Assembly: GCA_002811645.1 (NCBI GenBank)
Contig: PDIP01000059.1
Location: 2,222-66,221 of the forward strand
Length of the DNA stretch: 64,000 nucleotides
Reading direction: 5' to 3'
Source of the DNA: Corallochytrium limacisporum Hawaii
Lineage: Eukaryota; Protista; Pluriformea
The notes beneath the pieces were generated by a model that saw nothing but the letters and a program-made list of their open reading frames with translations, was not told the DNA's origin and made no database searches. Numbering within the stretch: position 1 is the stretch's first letter; each line of letters starts with the position of its first letter. Of this stretch, positions 43,856 to 54,789 are shown one piece after another. Made by a program: the position numbers and the translations under genes.

Positions 43856-44300
43856 ATACGGGGAGGACTCTTTTTGAGTCCATTCCCAGAAGAGGCCGCA
43901 GACAATGAGAAATTGAGTGTAACAATTATAGATCCCATAAGTTTTTGACATGATGCATGCATGAACCGTCAAGTTTATCTGTAGGAACTAAGCTCGCTGT
44001 TGCGTACAATTTTGAAGTGAGAACATGCGCCATAGAACAATGTACAATTTATGGTGCCTCTCTATATATTAAGGCGTTTGTATTGGTTTCGAAAACACAT
44101 GATATCTGTGCAGTCTGACAATCCCTGCCCATGGTTTCATTTGCAGAGCATTTGTGTATGTTATGTGCGAGTGTGCTCGCGAGAGACAGTGTGTGTGCGT
44201 GTGTGAATGTGTTTGGTGCGTTGAATTCACATAGTAGCTATATCTGGAGCACTAGACTTGACCGAATTTCATAATCTGCGAATGCCATGGCATGTTCTTT

Positions 44301-45035
44301 TTAAGCTGCCTGAGGATTGTTGGCAAGCCACTCCTTGTAGTACTTCTTGACACGCATGAAGGTGTACGCACCCAAGGCCACTCCAACGACGCCAAACACA
44401 ATAAAGAAGATACCGAAGCCCAGGAGACTGTCCCGACCGTTATCACAGAAATTCTGAGAGTAGTCACAGTCTGAACTACCAAATCCAAGGTTTTCACAGT
44501 CATCGCATCCGCCGTCAGACTCATCCCAAATAATCAACAACACAATACCCCAAATAATGGCAGAAACTCCAATACCCGTAGTGATACCAGCCCGGCTAGC
44601 GGGAGCTGCGGCGCAGCAGATGAGGAAGATGGCGCAGAGGGGGCTAATAAAGGTACTGATCAGGCAGGTGGCGCAGGCGTAATTACCATAGGCCCTGTTG
44701 GCGACGCGGGCGTCCATGGCCGTGGTGTCCATTGTGTAGACAGCGGGCACAAACCCGTAAACTTGGGGATGCGCACCGGGAGGGGCACCATACGGCTGTG
44801 GTTGCGCAGGATACGTACCGGGAGGCGGATATTGGCCTTGAGGAGGTGGATATTGGCCTTGAGGAGGTGGATACTGGCCAGGGGGCGGGTAAGCACCAGG
44901 CGGGTACGCGCCACCCTGCGGCGGTGGGTACTGACTAGGTGGAGGTGCGCCATACTGACCGGCAGGCGGGTAACCACCGTTGCTGTCGTATGGTGGAGGA
45001 GCTGACCCGTTTGCGTACTGTTGCTTTTCACTCAT
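44301..45035 (-). CDS. NDFIP/Bsd2-like Nedd4-family adaptor (PPxY motif, 3 TM)
   Basis: PPPY motif and YPPP repeats. RAGITTGIGVSAIIW resembles the NDFIP R-Y-G-A-I-x-G-F-G-L-S-L-I-K-W signature (recalled, not searched). The third TM ends in MRVKK. Confidence 0.65.
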   Translation of the reverse strand: MSEKQQYANGSAPPPYDSNGGYPPAGQYGAPPPSQYPPPQGGAYPPGAYPPPGQYPPPQGQYPPPQGQYPPPGTYPAQPQPYGAPPGAHPQVYGFVPAVYTMDTTAMDARVANRAYGNYACATCLISTFISPLCAIFLICCAAAPASRAGITTGIGVSAIIWGIVLLIIWDESDGGCDDCENLGFGSSDCDYSQNFCDNGRDSLLGFGIFFIVFGVVGVALGAYTFMRVKKYYKEWLANNPQAA

Positions 45036-45400
45036 TTTTGGTTCTTGTTTGCTCTTATGACTTTTTGTTTCGGATTGCCTGATTGTAAATCGTTCTTTCT
45101 TTTGGTGGCCGTAAAGTCAAGCACATTTAACTGGAACAGCTGCTTTCATCTATGCAACACCCTGCGTGAAATACCATACTTTGTTGGTTAAACCACTCAT
45201 AGTGTACGCCAAGACAAAAACTGCCGGTTCGTTCTCTTTCACAGACAGCAGCAAGCCACCACCGCGAGCCACGCCACCAGCACTACCTCCCCCGACACAC
45301 CGGGCTGGGCCCTTAGCGAAACGGGGATCGAGAGTTTGGGAAGAGAAGCAGGGTGGCCCCCCCGGGGGGGGGGCCTAAGGAGCAAGGGAGAAGGGGAGGA

Positions 45401-45431
<31 letters not shown>

Positions 45432-48400
45432 GAGGGGAGGGGAGGGAGAGATAGAGAGAACTCCAAATGGCCCCGCCGCTGTTAGGGTAATGTACCAATT
45501 CGTTCTCTTTCTGTTTCTCACTTTGGGGAATTCTCTCCTTGGAAGACCGTTCGTCCAATTTTGTTTTCTTATTTTTCCTTTTCGAAGGTCACTCGCTGGT
45601 CTTCGGAGCTCTTCCTTCGTTCATTCTTTTCTTTTCTTCCCCCCCCCCTCTCTCCCTTGTCTTTCTGTCTTTTTAACCCACCACCTCTCTCTGGTGTTTT
45701 CATTTCCCGTTCTTTGCGTTGCCGGCTCTGTCCGGGACGTGTTCCTGCCCATGCATGCAGCAAACGGCACCGCCGCCCCCAAATGAAAATTAGACCAAGT
45801 GTGCAATGAAAACGACAGTGCGGTTGATAAAAAAAGTTTTTCATGGGCTCTTGCTGGACCCAGGTATGCTGAATCATGCAGCCCTTAAATGGCGAAGACG
45901 TCTGAAGAATGGTCGACCCTTGCTGTTGTCCGTCCCGTCTACACCCCCCCGCTCACGTTCTCCATTTGTCGGGTGACACCCCAGCGGCCCACAGTTTACA
46001 AGCGAACGGTGGTTGTTACCCAGAGTAAGGGGGAAAGATAATTACCACGTCCGTGTCCGTGATCAACCAGCTCTGTTTCAACCCCGCCTTCTTGTTTGCC
46101 GCAGGGACACACTTGGACAAGACCACCAACCCACCCGGCGGGAACAGAGGAAGAACAAATCAGACTGATAGCGAAGGAGCAGTGTGCCAAAAAAGCAAGG
46201 GAAGCCCCGTTTGGCAACAAAAGAAAAAGCAATAGAGAATGAAAGGAGGCGGAAAAAAAGAATCGGTCTTCACCACAACCCCCCTCCGATACGGGCACGA
46301 AAAGATGGTGGTGGTGAGGCGCAGTGGTAGTGTGTCCGTCGCAACCCAATAGATCCTAAGTGGTGCCAACTGTGCAAGCGGATGTGAGACATGTCTGGGT
46401 TCTACATTCAAACCAATTCAGCCCAGGAAAAGCCGCACAACCCTGAATGAGGTAGCATGGTTGCAAATTACCCCAACACAGAGAGCCAAGAAAGTAAAGC
46501 CCACGGTAGAAAATTGCCAGGCTCATTGCCCGCCGCTGGAGCAATGACATAACGTGGTGCCATTTGTCTTCCTTAACGGTTCCATCTCGCGTGCTCAGCT
46601 CATACTTCTAACAAGCACTTCGCGCAGTGCTCCGGTAAAAAGGGTTCTGACGGATGGGTGCATTTAGGGACAAGAGACGGGCGCGCTGATACAGACGAAT
46701 CACGGAGTGTTCATAGTCCGGTCAGTGTCACGGATAATCTTTTTTTTCTTCATTTTGTGTCGTCCGTCACGCTTCCACATTCTTGACCGACAGGTGGCGC
46801 CTTACCGCCGGGGGGAGCCCCCGGGGGGGGGGGGGGAGAGGAAGAGAGAGAGAGAGAGAGAGGTGGAGAGAGAGTTGCGGGGTGGTAGATGTCAAGGGGC
46901 CCCGGGTGTACTTGCATCTCTCTCCAATGAGAAGGGACTGCAAGATGGGATCTATTAATTTTTACCGGGTACCAAGTCTGCTGCTGCAACAGCCGCCGGT
47001 GCTGCATCGGTGACGGGTGCGCTGGACAGAGAAGGGGCAAGAGTGGAAGAGTCTGAACGGATGATAGTCAACAGGCTATGAGAAATTCAATACATTTAGT
47101 ATTTTGAAACGCTCTGATACACCAAAGGACACGTGTAAAGGACTTCGACTCTGGTAAATCGGTTGGCCATGAGCCATGCTCTTCCTTTTGCAGCACCGCT
47201 CGTCCCAATATGGTTTGCCTTAGGCAATCTCCATACCCTCAGCATAGCTTATATATGAGACAGATAACCGAGAGTGGAGAACCGTCGAAATTTTTTCTCC
47301 TGTGTATCCTTTTCCTTCCGATCAATCCGGGACGGCGGTGGTCGAAGCAAAGCGCCTGGGTGGGGGGAAGGGGTTGGTTTTTGATGGTGAAGAAGGACCT
47401 ACCACTGTCAACACTGCAGTGGACGACGAGGAGAGAGGAACGGAGTTGGAGAGGGGGGAGGGGGGGCGGGGGCGTGTGTTTTGGTTTGCGGCAGGCAAAT
47501 CTTAAGAAAGCCATGGCTCCCCACCCGTGGGCACAGACCATATGCGAATGAAATGGCGGGCGGACGATATCCTTGAACGGAAAGACATGTCTGTGCCCGG
47601 GTCCCCGTTTTCTGCAGAACACCCAACCATGGAGCACTCATTTATTGTGGCTGTTTTCATATCTGACCTGGAGACTATCGTATGCGAGTTGCTGGGACTC
47701 GCTGAACTCCCTCAGCCTGTCTGTTGATTCTGTACCGTGTACAGATTGTAGATGTGGCGAACATCATCGTGATGTTCAAACATCAAGCAGTTGGAGCCGA
47801 CGGTAAAATGTAATGCAAATGAACCATTGGTAGGATGAGCTGCTGCCCTGCCTCGCACGATCGAACGAAGACCGAAATCATCATCATCTACTACCAACCG
47901 CAACTGAGAGTTTCGAAATTTAAAAAAGCAAACGAAGACAACTGGCGGAAACCAATGGAGAAGGGGGTCCATGCGTGTCCTCGCCACCCTTTCATAGTGG
48001 GCACGGGTATGGTCTCGGTGACCAACAATCAATGATCCTCCACCACCTACACACACGGCACAAACACTATCAAATTCTCCTCGTTGATGGGACGCAGGGC
48101 CTTTGCATTCAGTACCGAAATTGACACCGATGAAATCACTTGCATATCGATTCATTCAATTCCGCTTGCTTGGGGACTCCATTTCCCGACGAAACAATGA
48201 ATCCAGCAAATTTATATTACAAATATACTGGGTTTTTTTGAATCGTTGTGTGATCTGGGAAGCGGGCAAAATGGCAAATGAGTCAATTTTTTCTTCCTCT
48301 CCTCCGGCATACAAAAGTACAATATGGCCACATAGGCTCGGGTTTTGAAATCCTGGTGCCCAGTACTTTACTACGCCGTAGGAAGAGGGAGGAGGGAGGC

Positions 48401-48628
48401 GCTGGTTGCTGCTACAGTCGTTACCTAATGAACAAGGGGCATACTTCCTCAGATCCTCTTTTCGTGCTCTTCGGTGGGTCTGAAGGGGGGGGGGTTAGGC
48501 GGGAGCGGCAATGGCTCCCTGAAGGATACTCTGGAGTCCGGAACTGATCATCGTTCTGACTCAATAAATCTCAGTTGTTCATGGTTCTAGATATCAATTC
48601 TTTAGTCGTCCTGGCCAGTGGGTGCTGT

Positions 48629-49933
48629 TTACGACGCCGATAAATCTTCCTCGACACCTCCTGGTGATGATGGAGACACAGTGATGAAGTGGTGCTGCAG
48701 GCACTCTTCAGCATCAGGGCGACGATGCATATTAACGGTAAGAAGATTCTTCAGCAAGTCGATGCTGCACTCCATGTCAGTTGTGCCCCAATTTAAATCC
48801 GGATTCGTTCCTGAGACTACATGGTGGAGATCCCGTGGCTCATCTGCGTACCCAGTTGTCACTAATTCCTTGCCTAGAATCTTTGCGAAATCACGCATGG
48901 GTCTCGCACCGAAGACCTCAATGTTCTCGGCTACAGCATTTGCATCATCAGCGCAGATAAAGAAGGGATAGATACCAGTAAGCAGGCTGAGGAAAGTAAT
49001 GCCGGCAGCCCACATATCGACACCAGCGCCTTGTTGCGAACTGCGCAGAAGGATCTCCGGAGCGCGGAACCCACGTGTGCCTTGCCGCTCGACATGATCC
49101 TTTGGACGGCGGTCATTGGCGTAGAAGAAATTCTCGCCCAATGTGGTGATGCTGGTTATATCATGACGGTTACTTCCCTGGCGCTCCCGAAAGGCCCGCT
49201 GTTGTGTTGGTGCGATTCTGTTGGCCTTCTTCTGTGCCTTTGCCTCGGCATCTTTCATTGTTTGGGCCAATCCAAAGTCTACGAGCATGCCCTGACAGGA
49301 TCTGCGGTGAAACAAGAAGTTGGCAGGCTTTACATCGCGATGTATAATGCCCTCAGCATGCACACCCTGTAGTGCAGTGAGCAAGCAGGTCATGTAGGCC
49401 TTGGCTTCTCTTACTGTGACCTTACCTAAATAGGTTTGCAAGTCCTCATGTTCGAAATAGTCAATGATAAGAAAGAATGAATGATGGCATTTTAGCGTTT
49501 CCAGCAAGCGACAGACGTTCTTTTTGCCCTTCACTTGTTTTAATGCCTTGACTTCGTTGACAATGCGCTTTGGAATGACAGTTTGGTACAAGCGCTTCAC
49601 GGCGACTAGATGTCCGGTTGAGCGTCTTGTCGCGAGATAGACTGTGCTGTAGGTGCCTTCTCCCAGACGATCGGTGATCCTGAAAGACCGCTCCACCTGC
49701 GGTGCCTCTGCCAGTAGCTCTTGTATGGCAGGATGCTTGGACTTGGCTTCTAACAGCTCTTCTAGATTCGTCCCCGTTGAGACCGGCACTGTGGTGGATA
49801 CGGATTTCGTGGTAGATGTAGCCTTTCCAGAGTTCAGCCGGTCCAACTGTCGAAAGGTTCTTGTTCGTGGTGCTGGTGCTCCAAATTTTGGCTTGCGTAT
49901 GATTCGCAAAGCATCCCGCTTTTGTGAGACCAT
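48629..49933 (-). CDS. CDC7: Cell division cycle 7 kinase (DDK catalytic subunit)
   Basis: LGEGTYSTVY, VAVKRL, PKRIVNE, HRDVKPANFL, LVDFGLA, then an insert and the CDC7-typical GTRGFRAPEILL and DMWAAG. Confidence 0.92.
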   Translation of the reverse strand: MVSQKRDALRIIRKPKFGAPAPRTRTFRQLDRLNSGKATSTTKSVSTTVPVSTGTNLEELLEAKSKHPAIQELLAEAPQVERSFRITDRLGEGTYSTVYLATRRSTGHLVAVKRLYQTVIPKRIVNEVKALKQVKGKKNVCRLLETLKCHHSFFLIIDYFEHEDLQTYLGKVTVREAKAYMTCLLTALQGVHAEGIIHRDVKPANFLFHRRSCQGMLVDFGLAQTMKDAEAKAQKKANRIAPTQQRAFRERQGSNRHDITSITTLGENFFYANDRRPKDHVERQGTRGFRAPEILLRSSQQGAGVDMWAAGITFLSLLTGIYPFFICADDANAVAENIEVFGARPMRDFAKILGKELVTTGYADEPRDLHHVVSGTNPDLNWGTTDMECSIDLLKNLLTVNMHRRPDAEECLQHHFITVSPSSPGGVEEDLSAS

Positions 49934-50197
49934 AATGTCCGCGTGGAATCTACGTAAATTATGCTATGAAATCCTACATTGCGGTCATGAGTCTTATTAA
50001 CCTTGTGCGCTACCACCAAAAGGTTTCTCTATGACGCGTATGTATGTCTCGCTCCCTCTCTTCTTTTCTCGCGCAATCTGAATCACAGACACAGCCACGC
50101 TACATGCTACAGTGATGTACCTTGCCTGCACGCCAACGTCCTTGTCGACGCCATCGATTGGCTGTGACCAGCTCGTATGGAGACTCCGAGAGGATCG

Positions 50198-50207
50198 GGC
50201 GCGAAAA
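50198..50207 (-). promoter_or_regulatory. E2F-type site TTTTCGCGCC upstream of CDC7
   Basis: GGCGCGAAAA on the + strand, 265 nt upstream of the CDC7 ATG. Confidence 0.5.
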
Positions 50208-50386
50208 CGGTGGTAGGGCAGCTTGGGTGGCCAATTTTGTTACCTGATTCACCGCCCCCTACCCACTCCAGTACTGTATCCGTAGCACACATGTTGCGCG
50301 GTATGAATCCAAATCCTATATACTAACGGTATAACACTGTACCTGTTGGGGAGGGAAATATGTAGCTCGAATCAGTAACTTCGGTG

Positions 50387-50462
50387 ACCCCCTCCGGTGC
50401 GGTTCGGCGACTGCCGAGACACCCCCTCCGGTGCGGTTCGGCGACTGCCGAGACACCCCCCC
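50387..50462. repeat. 34-nt perfect tandem duplication with internal hairpin
   Basis: accccctccggtgcggttcggcgactgccgagac at 50387-50420 and 50421-50454, plus a partial third start. Confidence 0.92.
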
Positions 50463-50830
50463 GGGGGGGAGCGGTGTAGCTGTCACTTGTCTCCCTGCGG
50501 GCACCGAGCGCGGACACATTACTGCAAGGATGGGCAAGAGCAAGGGCAGCAAGAAGTAGCCTGCAGAACGTAGGAACTGGGTCATTCCACAATTCCACAC
50601 ACTGGACATATTGCAGTAGCATTAACAATAAATGCAACCGGCAGACTAGTGTTTTGGGGCTTATATTTGTATTGAGTGTTAAATTGGTTGTGTTGAACCG
50701 TTCTTGATGATTGAAACTATGTTTCAGATATTCTTGCTTTAAGGTGTTGAACGGGGATTATGAACAAAGTGTAAAACAGGGACGGTGGGTTATTTTGAAG
50801 TTGCTATGAAAGGTTCAAAGCAAATGGCGT

Positions 50831-51982
50831 TCAGATTTGACTGCTCTGACTGCCAAAGATATCCCGCTTCAGACCGGACAGGGATTGCTGGCTCTGTTGG
50901 CTCGCAAGAAAATCAAAGTCTTCAAGAGCCTTACGGGTGTTCTGGGACAGTGGCGGAAGACACTGGGAGTTGCTCGCTCCGCAGGCAGTCTGTTGGGACT
51001 GTGACGGCTGTGACTCAGACGGATGAAGTCCATTCTGCTTGCCGGCCACAGCCAGCCAATTGTTGGTTTGACCGTGATCGGCATGCTCACCAGGGCCACC
51101 TCCTGGCAATTCCATAGCCGTTTCAGACTCCACTGTGTTGTTCAGGATGTTCTCATTATCCTCATCATCCCGCTGTTTGATGGGTTCCGCCGGCTCGTCC
51201 TCCTCCATGTCGCCAAATTGGTTGTCATCCTCTTCACCGGCACTCGCATCATCGTTGGGATGATTCCCCGCAGCAATCACAGCTCCCTTTCCCGTATACA
51301 AATGTGCTGTAGTAGGCTCCTGATTCCGGCTCCGAAGTGCCGCATTCTCGGCCTGTAGCGTACCGATTTGATGGTTGGCCTGCCGCAGTTCAGCCTCAAC
51401 GATTTCCAGGCGCGCCTTGATGGCCTCATTTTCTTCTTTTAGCTCCTTTAGAAGGTTTTGCCGCCGGACTCGGCTTTGTGCTACATGCTTCCGGTTTCTA
51501 AGATTATTCCGAACTTCCTGCAGTGCATCGCGTAGCACGGTTGCGTCGGTCCTGCGGTACTCTTTTGTCTGGGAAAGAAGCTTCAAGCAATCACCAAAAT
51601 CTCCATCCTCCAGTTCCTCTTTCGAAAACGGAATGTGTCTTGCCCTGGCATCCAGCTCTGCTTTGATCTTGTCTGCAAAGGGTTTTATATCCTTCGCATG
51701 CTTTGCTCTTGCTTTCGGGGTCATGTTTCCCCTGGGACTCTGTTTTGCTGACGACGTCGACGATGAAGTGGACAACTTGCGAGGTGTCTGACCTGATGTG
51801 CCCTTACTCGGTGCCTTCTTTGGGGTTACATACTGTCCATTTGCTTGAATACGGCGTAGTACACGTCCACTAGGCTGAATTTCGTTTGCCATCATGTCCT
51901 CTGCTGAATCTACAGTGGGTGTTTCAGATTCTTCTGCTCTTTGCTTGCCTTTCTCTTTACGTCGCAAACTCTTCCTGACCAT
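50831..51982 (-). CDS. bZIP transcription factor
   Basis: Basic region RNRKHVAQSRVRR (N-x7-R) followed by a long leucine heptad repeat; disordered flanks. Confidence 0.82.
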   Translation of the reverse strand: MVRKSLRRKEKGKQRAEESETPTVDSAEDMMANEIQPSGRVLRRIQANGQYVTPKKAPSKGTSGQTPRKLSTSSSTSSAKQSPRGNMTPKARAKHAKDIKPFADKIKAELDARARHIPFSKEELEDGDFGDCLKLLSQTKEYRRTDATVLRDALQEVRNNLRNRKHVAQSRVRRQNLLKELKEENEAIKARLEIVEAELRQANHQIGTLQAENAALRSRNQEPTTAHLYTGKGAVIAAGNHPNDDASAGEEDDNQFGDMEEDEPAEPIKQRDDEDNENILNNTVESETAMELPGGGPGEHADHGQTNNWLAVAGKQNGLHPSESQPSQSQQTACGASNSQCLPPLSQNTRKALEDFDFLASQQSQQSLSGLKRDIFGSQSSQI

Positions 51983-53076
51983 CTGGTAATCTTCTCTCGA
52001 TGGCCACTCTGCTTTTTGATCCAGAAATGACTACTTTTCTGAATTGACTTGTTTCTGATTTATACCCGGCGTCTTGCCCCGACGAACATATTCCATGCTG
52101 TTGAGAGTTTACGTTGCATAAAATGGCTTAGGACCTGAAGTACCAGTCGTCGTCTGGAGCAAGGTTGGCAGTGCTTGTTACAAAACCAAAGCCACCGAGT
52201 TGGTCACAGTTTTCCCGTGTGCGTGGTGAGTTCGATGACGATGATGCCTCTGCTGCGTCCTAACCCGCACCACGTATAAGACCATAACGTAATAGGTCAA
52301 GAGAGACCTGACAGCTGCCTCAGATCGCTCAAGGCACTTGCCACACCAGCAGCAACGGGGGCCACCTCCCTGCGGGTTAGCTCCCTCCTGGCCGGCTCCT
52401 TACTCCCGCCGAAAAATGAATTGCTGTCTCTGGGTTTTCTAACACTGACCCATCTAGTGCAAAGTATGAAACCGTTCCCGAATAATTTCATATATTTGAT
52501 ATATAAAATGACGTACTTTCTGCGAGTCCCACCTCTCCCTAGGGCATTGCCAAGAGCCTCAGGAGACGGGAAAGAATGTCCTGAGACTCCTGCCTGGCCA
52601 CTCCTGCGCGCTACCGGCAGGTCCTCGGATAATTCTTAGCTCAGGGTGCCCGGTGACTGGGGGCACCTCAGTACTTTCACTACCGAAGTGCCCTACTGGA
52701 ACGGGATTCTTCTATAATGAATGTACTGGAGGGGAGAAGGGGTAAGCGAGAATGATTCCTTCGCTCCCCGGTTGGGTAAGAGGGGAGGCGGTCGTAGGAA
52801 AATTGGCCCAGGCTACTGGTCAGCCCATCCAGACCACTGATTTCGTGATTTTGAGGGGTTAGGAATGCAGACTTACAGTGTGAGGGCAATCGTAAATCAT
52901 TTTGATACTTTATGCACTCAAAGTATTGAAATATACATGCTGAATCAGAAGAGTCAAGACCCATCTGGGTCGATCGCTTCTACGCAGCTTCGCCTCTGGT
53001 ATGCGTTTGGATGTTTGAGATATGTAATATAATAATGTACACGATGGCAACCATGCTCAAAGACCTTACTTCAAGC

Positions 53077-53556
53077 TCACGTGGACTCCGGACAGTTCCC
53101 TAGCTGTTCCCACAGTTTGCGCAGATCCGTTGCCTCCTTCGCCATGTCAGCAAAACTGCGGTTCTGGCGCGTGTCTTTATCATGTCTGTCCAGCTCCTCA
53201 TAGACTTCATCATTGCGTTTGAAATCTCCTTCTTTCCGTGGCAGTACATGGATGTGGACATGAGGCACCGTTTGTCCTGCAATCGGCCCGTCCTGGATGG
53301 CTATTGTTGTTCCCGTGGCATCGTATGCAGCTTCTAAAAGCTTGCTCACTTGCTGGGCCGCCAACATAAGATCCATAGCTTCATTTCCTTCTAGATCCTT
53401 GACCCTTTCGACCACTCGGTTGGTTGCTACCAGAGCATGTCCCGGAACTACAGGTTTGATATTGACAAAACAGAAGACATTCTTACCATTGTGAAAGATG
53501 TGATCGAGAGGTATTTTATGGGGCCCGAACATACGGCCGACGCTGCTTGCCGCCAT
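53077..53556 (-). CDS. FHIT: Bis(5'-adenosyl)-triphosphatase, FHIT family HIT protein
   Basis: FVNIKPVVPGH, IQDGPIAGQTVPHVHIHVLPR (histidine triad), DFKRNDEVYEEL, RSFADMAKEA. Confidence 0.95.
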   Translation of the reverse strand: MAASSVGRMFGPHKIPLDHIFHNGKNVFCFVNIKPVVPGHALVATNRVVERVKDLEGNEAMDLMLAAQQVSKLLEAAYDATGTTIAIQDGPIAGQTVPHVHIHVLPRKEGDFKRNDEVYEELDRHDKDTRQNRSFADMAKEATDLRKLWEQLGNCPEST

Positions 53557-54789
53557 GTTTTCCTGTTCGCACACTCAGAGTTCTAGGCGAGGGCCAATCG
53601 GCCAGTCCAGCGTACGACTTATACCTGGACTCCGTGCCCCAAATGGCCCTCGAATGCTCATTCACAGCTTGTTTTTGTCATACGAAATCAACCCCGAGGG
53701 CATTCGAAAACCCCAGGCCCGGCCACGAAAAGCCCCGAAAGACTGATAACCTCGTTTACCTGCAGAGCACCAAACCAGTTCGCATCCCTCAGTTCATGGT
53801 TTCCTGTCATTCAAGGGATCTCTACGTGGTACATGTGAGACAGCAGGTGCGGCCAATCTATACACGCGTACGTTTGAAACGCAATAGTGAGCAGGATGGA
53901 TCGTCTGTTTCGCTTGAGGAATTCACTACGCATTGTGCAGAATACTGGGCCGTTGCAAATCACCCGGCGGACCTTAGGTGGGTTCTCAGGGATTTTTTCC
54001 TCTTCCATTTTTTCCACCGTGGGTCATAGGCCGGTACTGGAGCGCCTTGGAAACGGATGGCTTGTCTTCCGGCCCTCTCTCTATGTCTCATCACTGTTGG
54101 AAGAGAAGGGTGTGCGGACCATGGGTCAGTTTGGAAGGGGGGGGGTTGGGGGGGACGGTTGAGCTTGCGCTTGGGGGGTTTTACCAGGGAAAACCTGAAG
54201 GGTGAAGGCGGGGGACGGGAGGCGGGCTCCGGATGTCCTCCCTTTGGTGACAGCAGTCGGGAAGAGGAGGACCGTGCGCAGGTGAACATCCTTTGGAACA
54301 ATGGGCACGGCCATGCGCACGATGCCCAATTCAGTGATCAGTTGTCGCTAGAAACCCCCAAGGCATGGTCTCGTCATCCGAAAACATATATGGCGTAGAA
54401 ATAACACATGAATGGCTATTGCTTCACAACGTAAGCCTTAGCTTTTTCCAGGGGAAAGGGGAACGAGTTTATCGCGGATCTCCGCCAGTGGACATTGCAG
54501 TTGGTGGCAGGTGAACGCAAAGAATTTGTGCACTTGGCTGTAGATATCATGACTTCATACCATATTTACTGAGCTTGGGCTATTTGATGATACTCACTGG
54601 TTGCATCTCTCATCCGACCATTTTTTCATAGCCTCACGAATCATAGGAATATGCCCAAGACACAGTACTTAATCCAAAGAAGTTCAACCAAAAACACACC
54701 CTACACCACGTCACCGATGGCACAAATGTACGATTTTACATAAGGAAGTCCAAATTGCCATATCTACACGGAATGCATGGTCCTTGGTC

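Noticed and set aside
50387-50454. Hairpin-containing direct repeat as a CRISPR array
   Set aside because: Two adjacent copies with no spacer, no cas genes, and a eukaryotic context.
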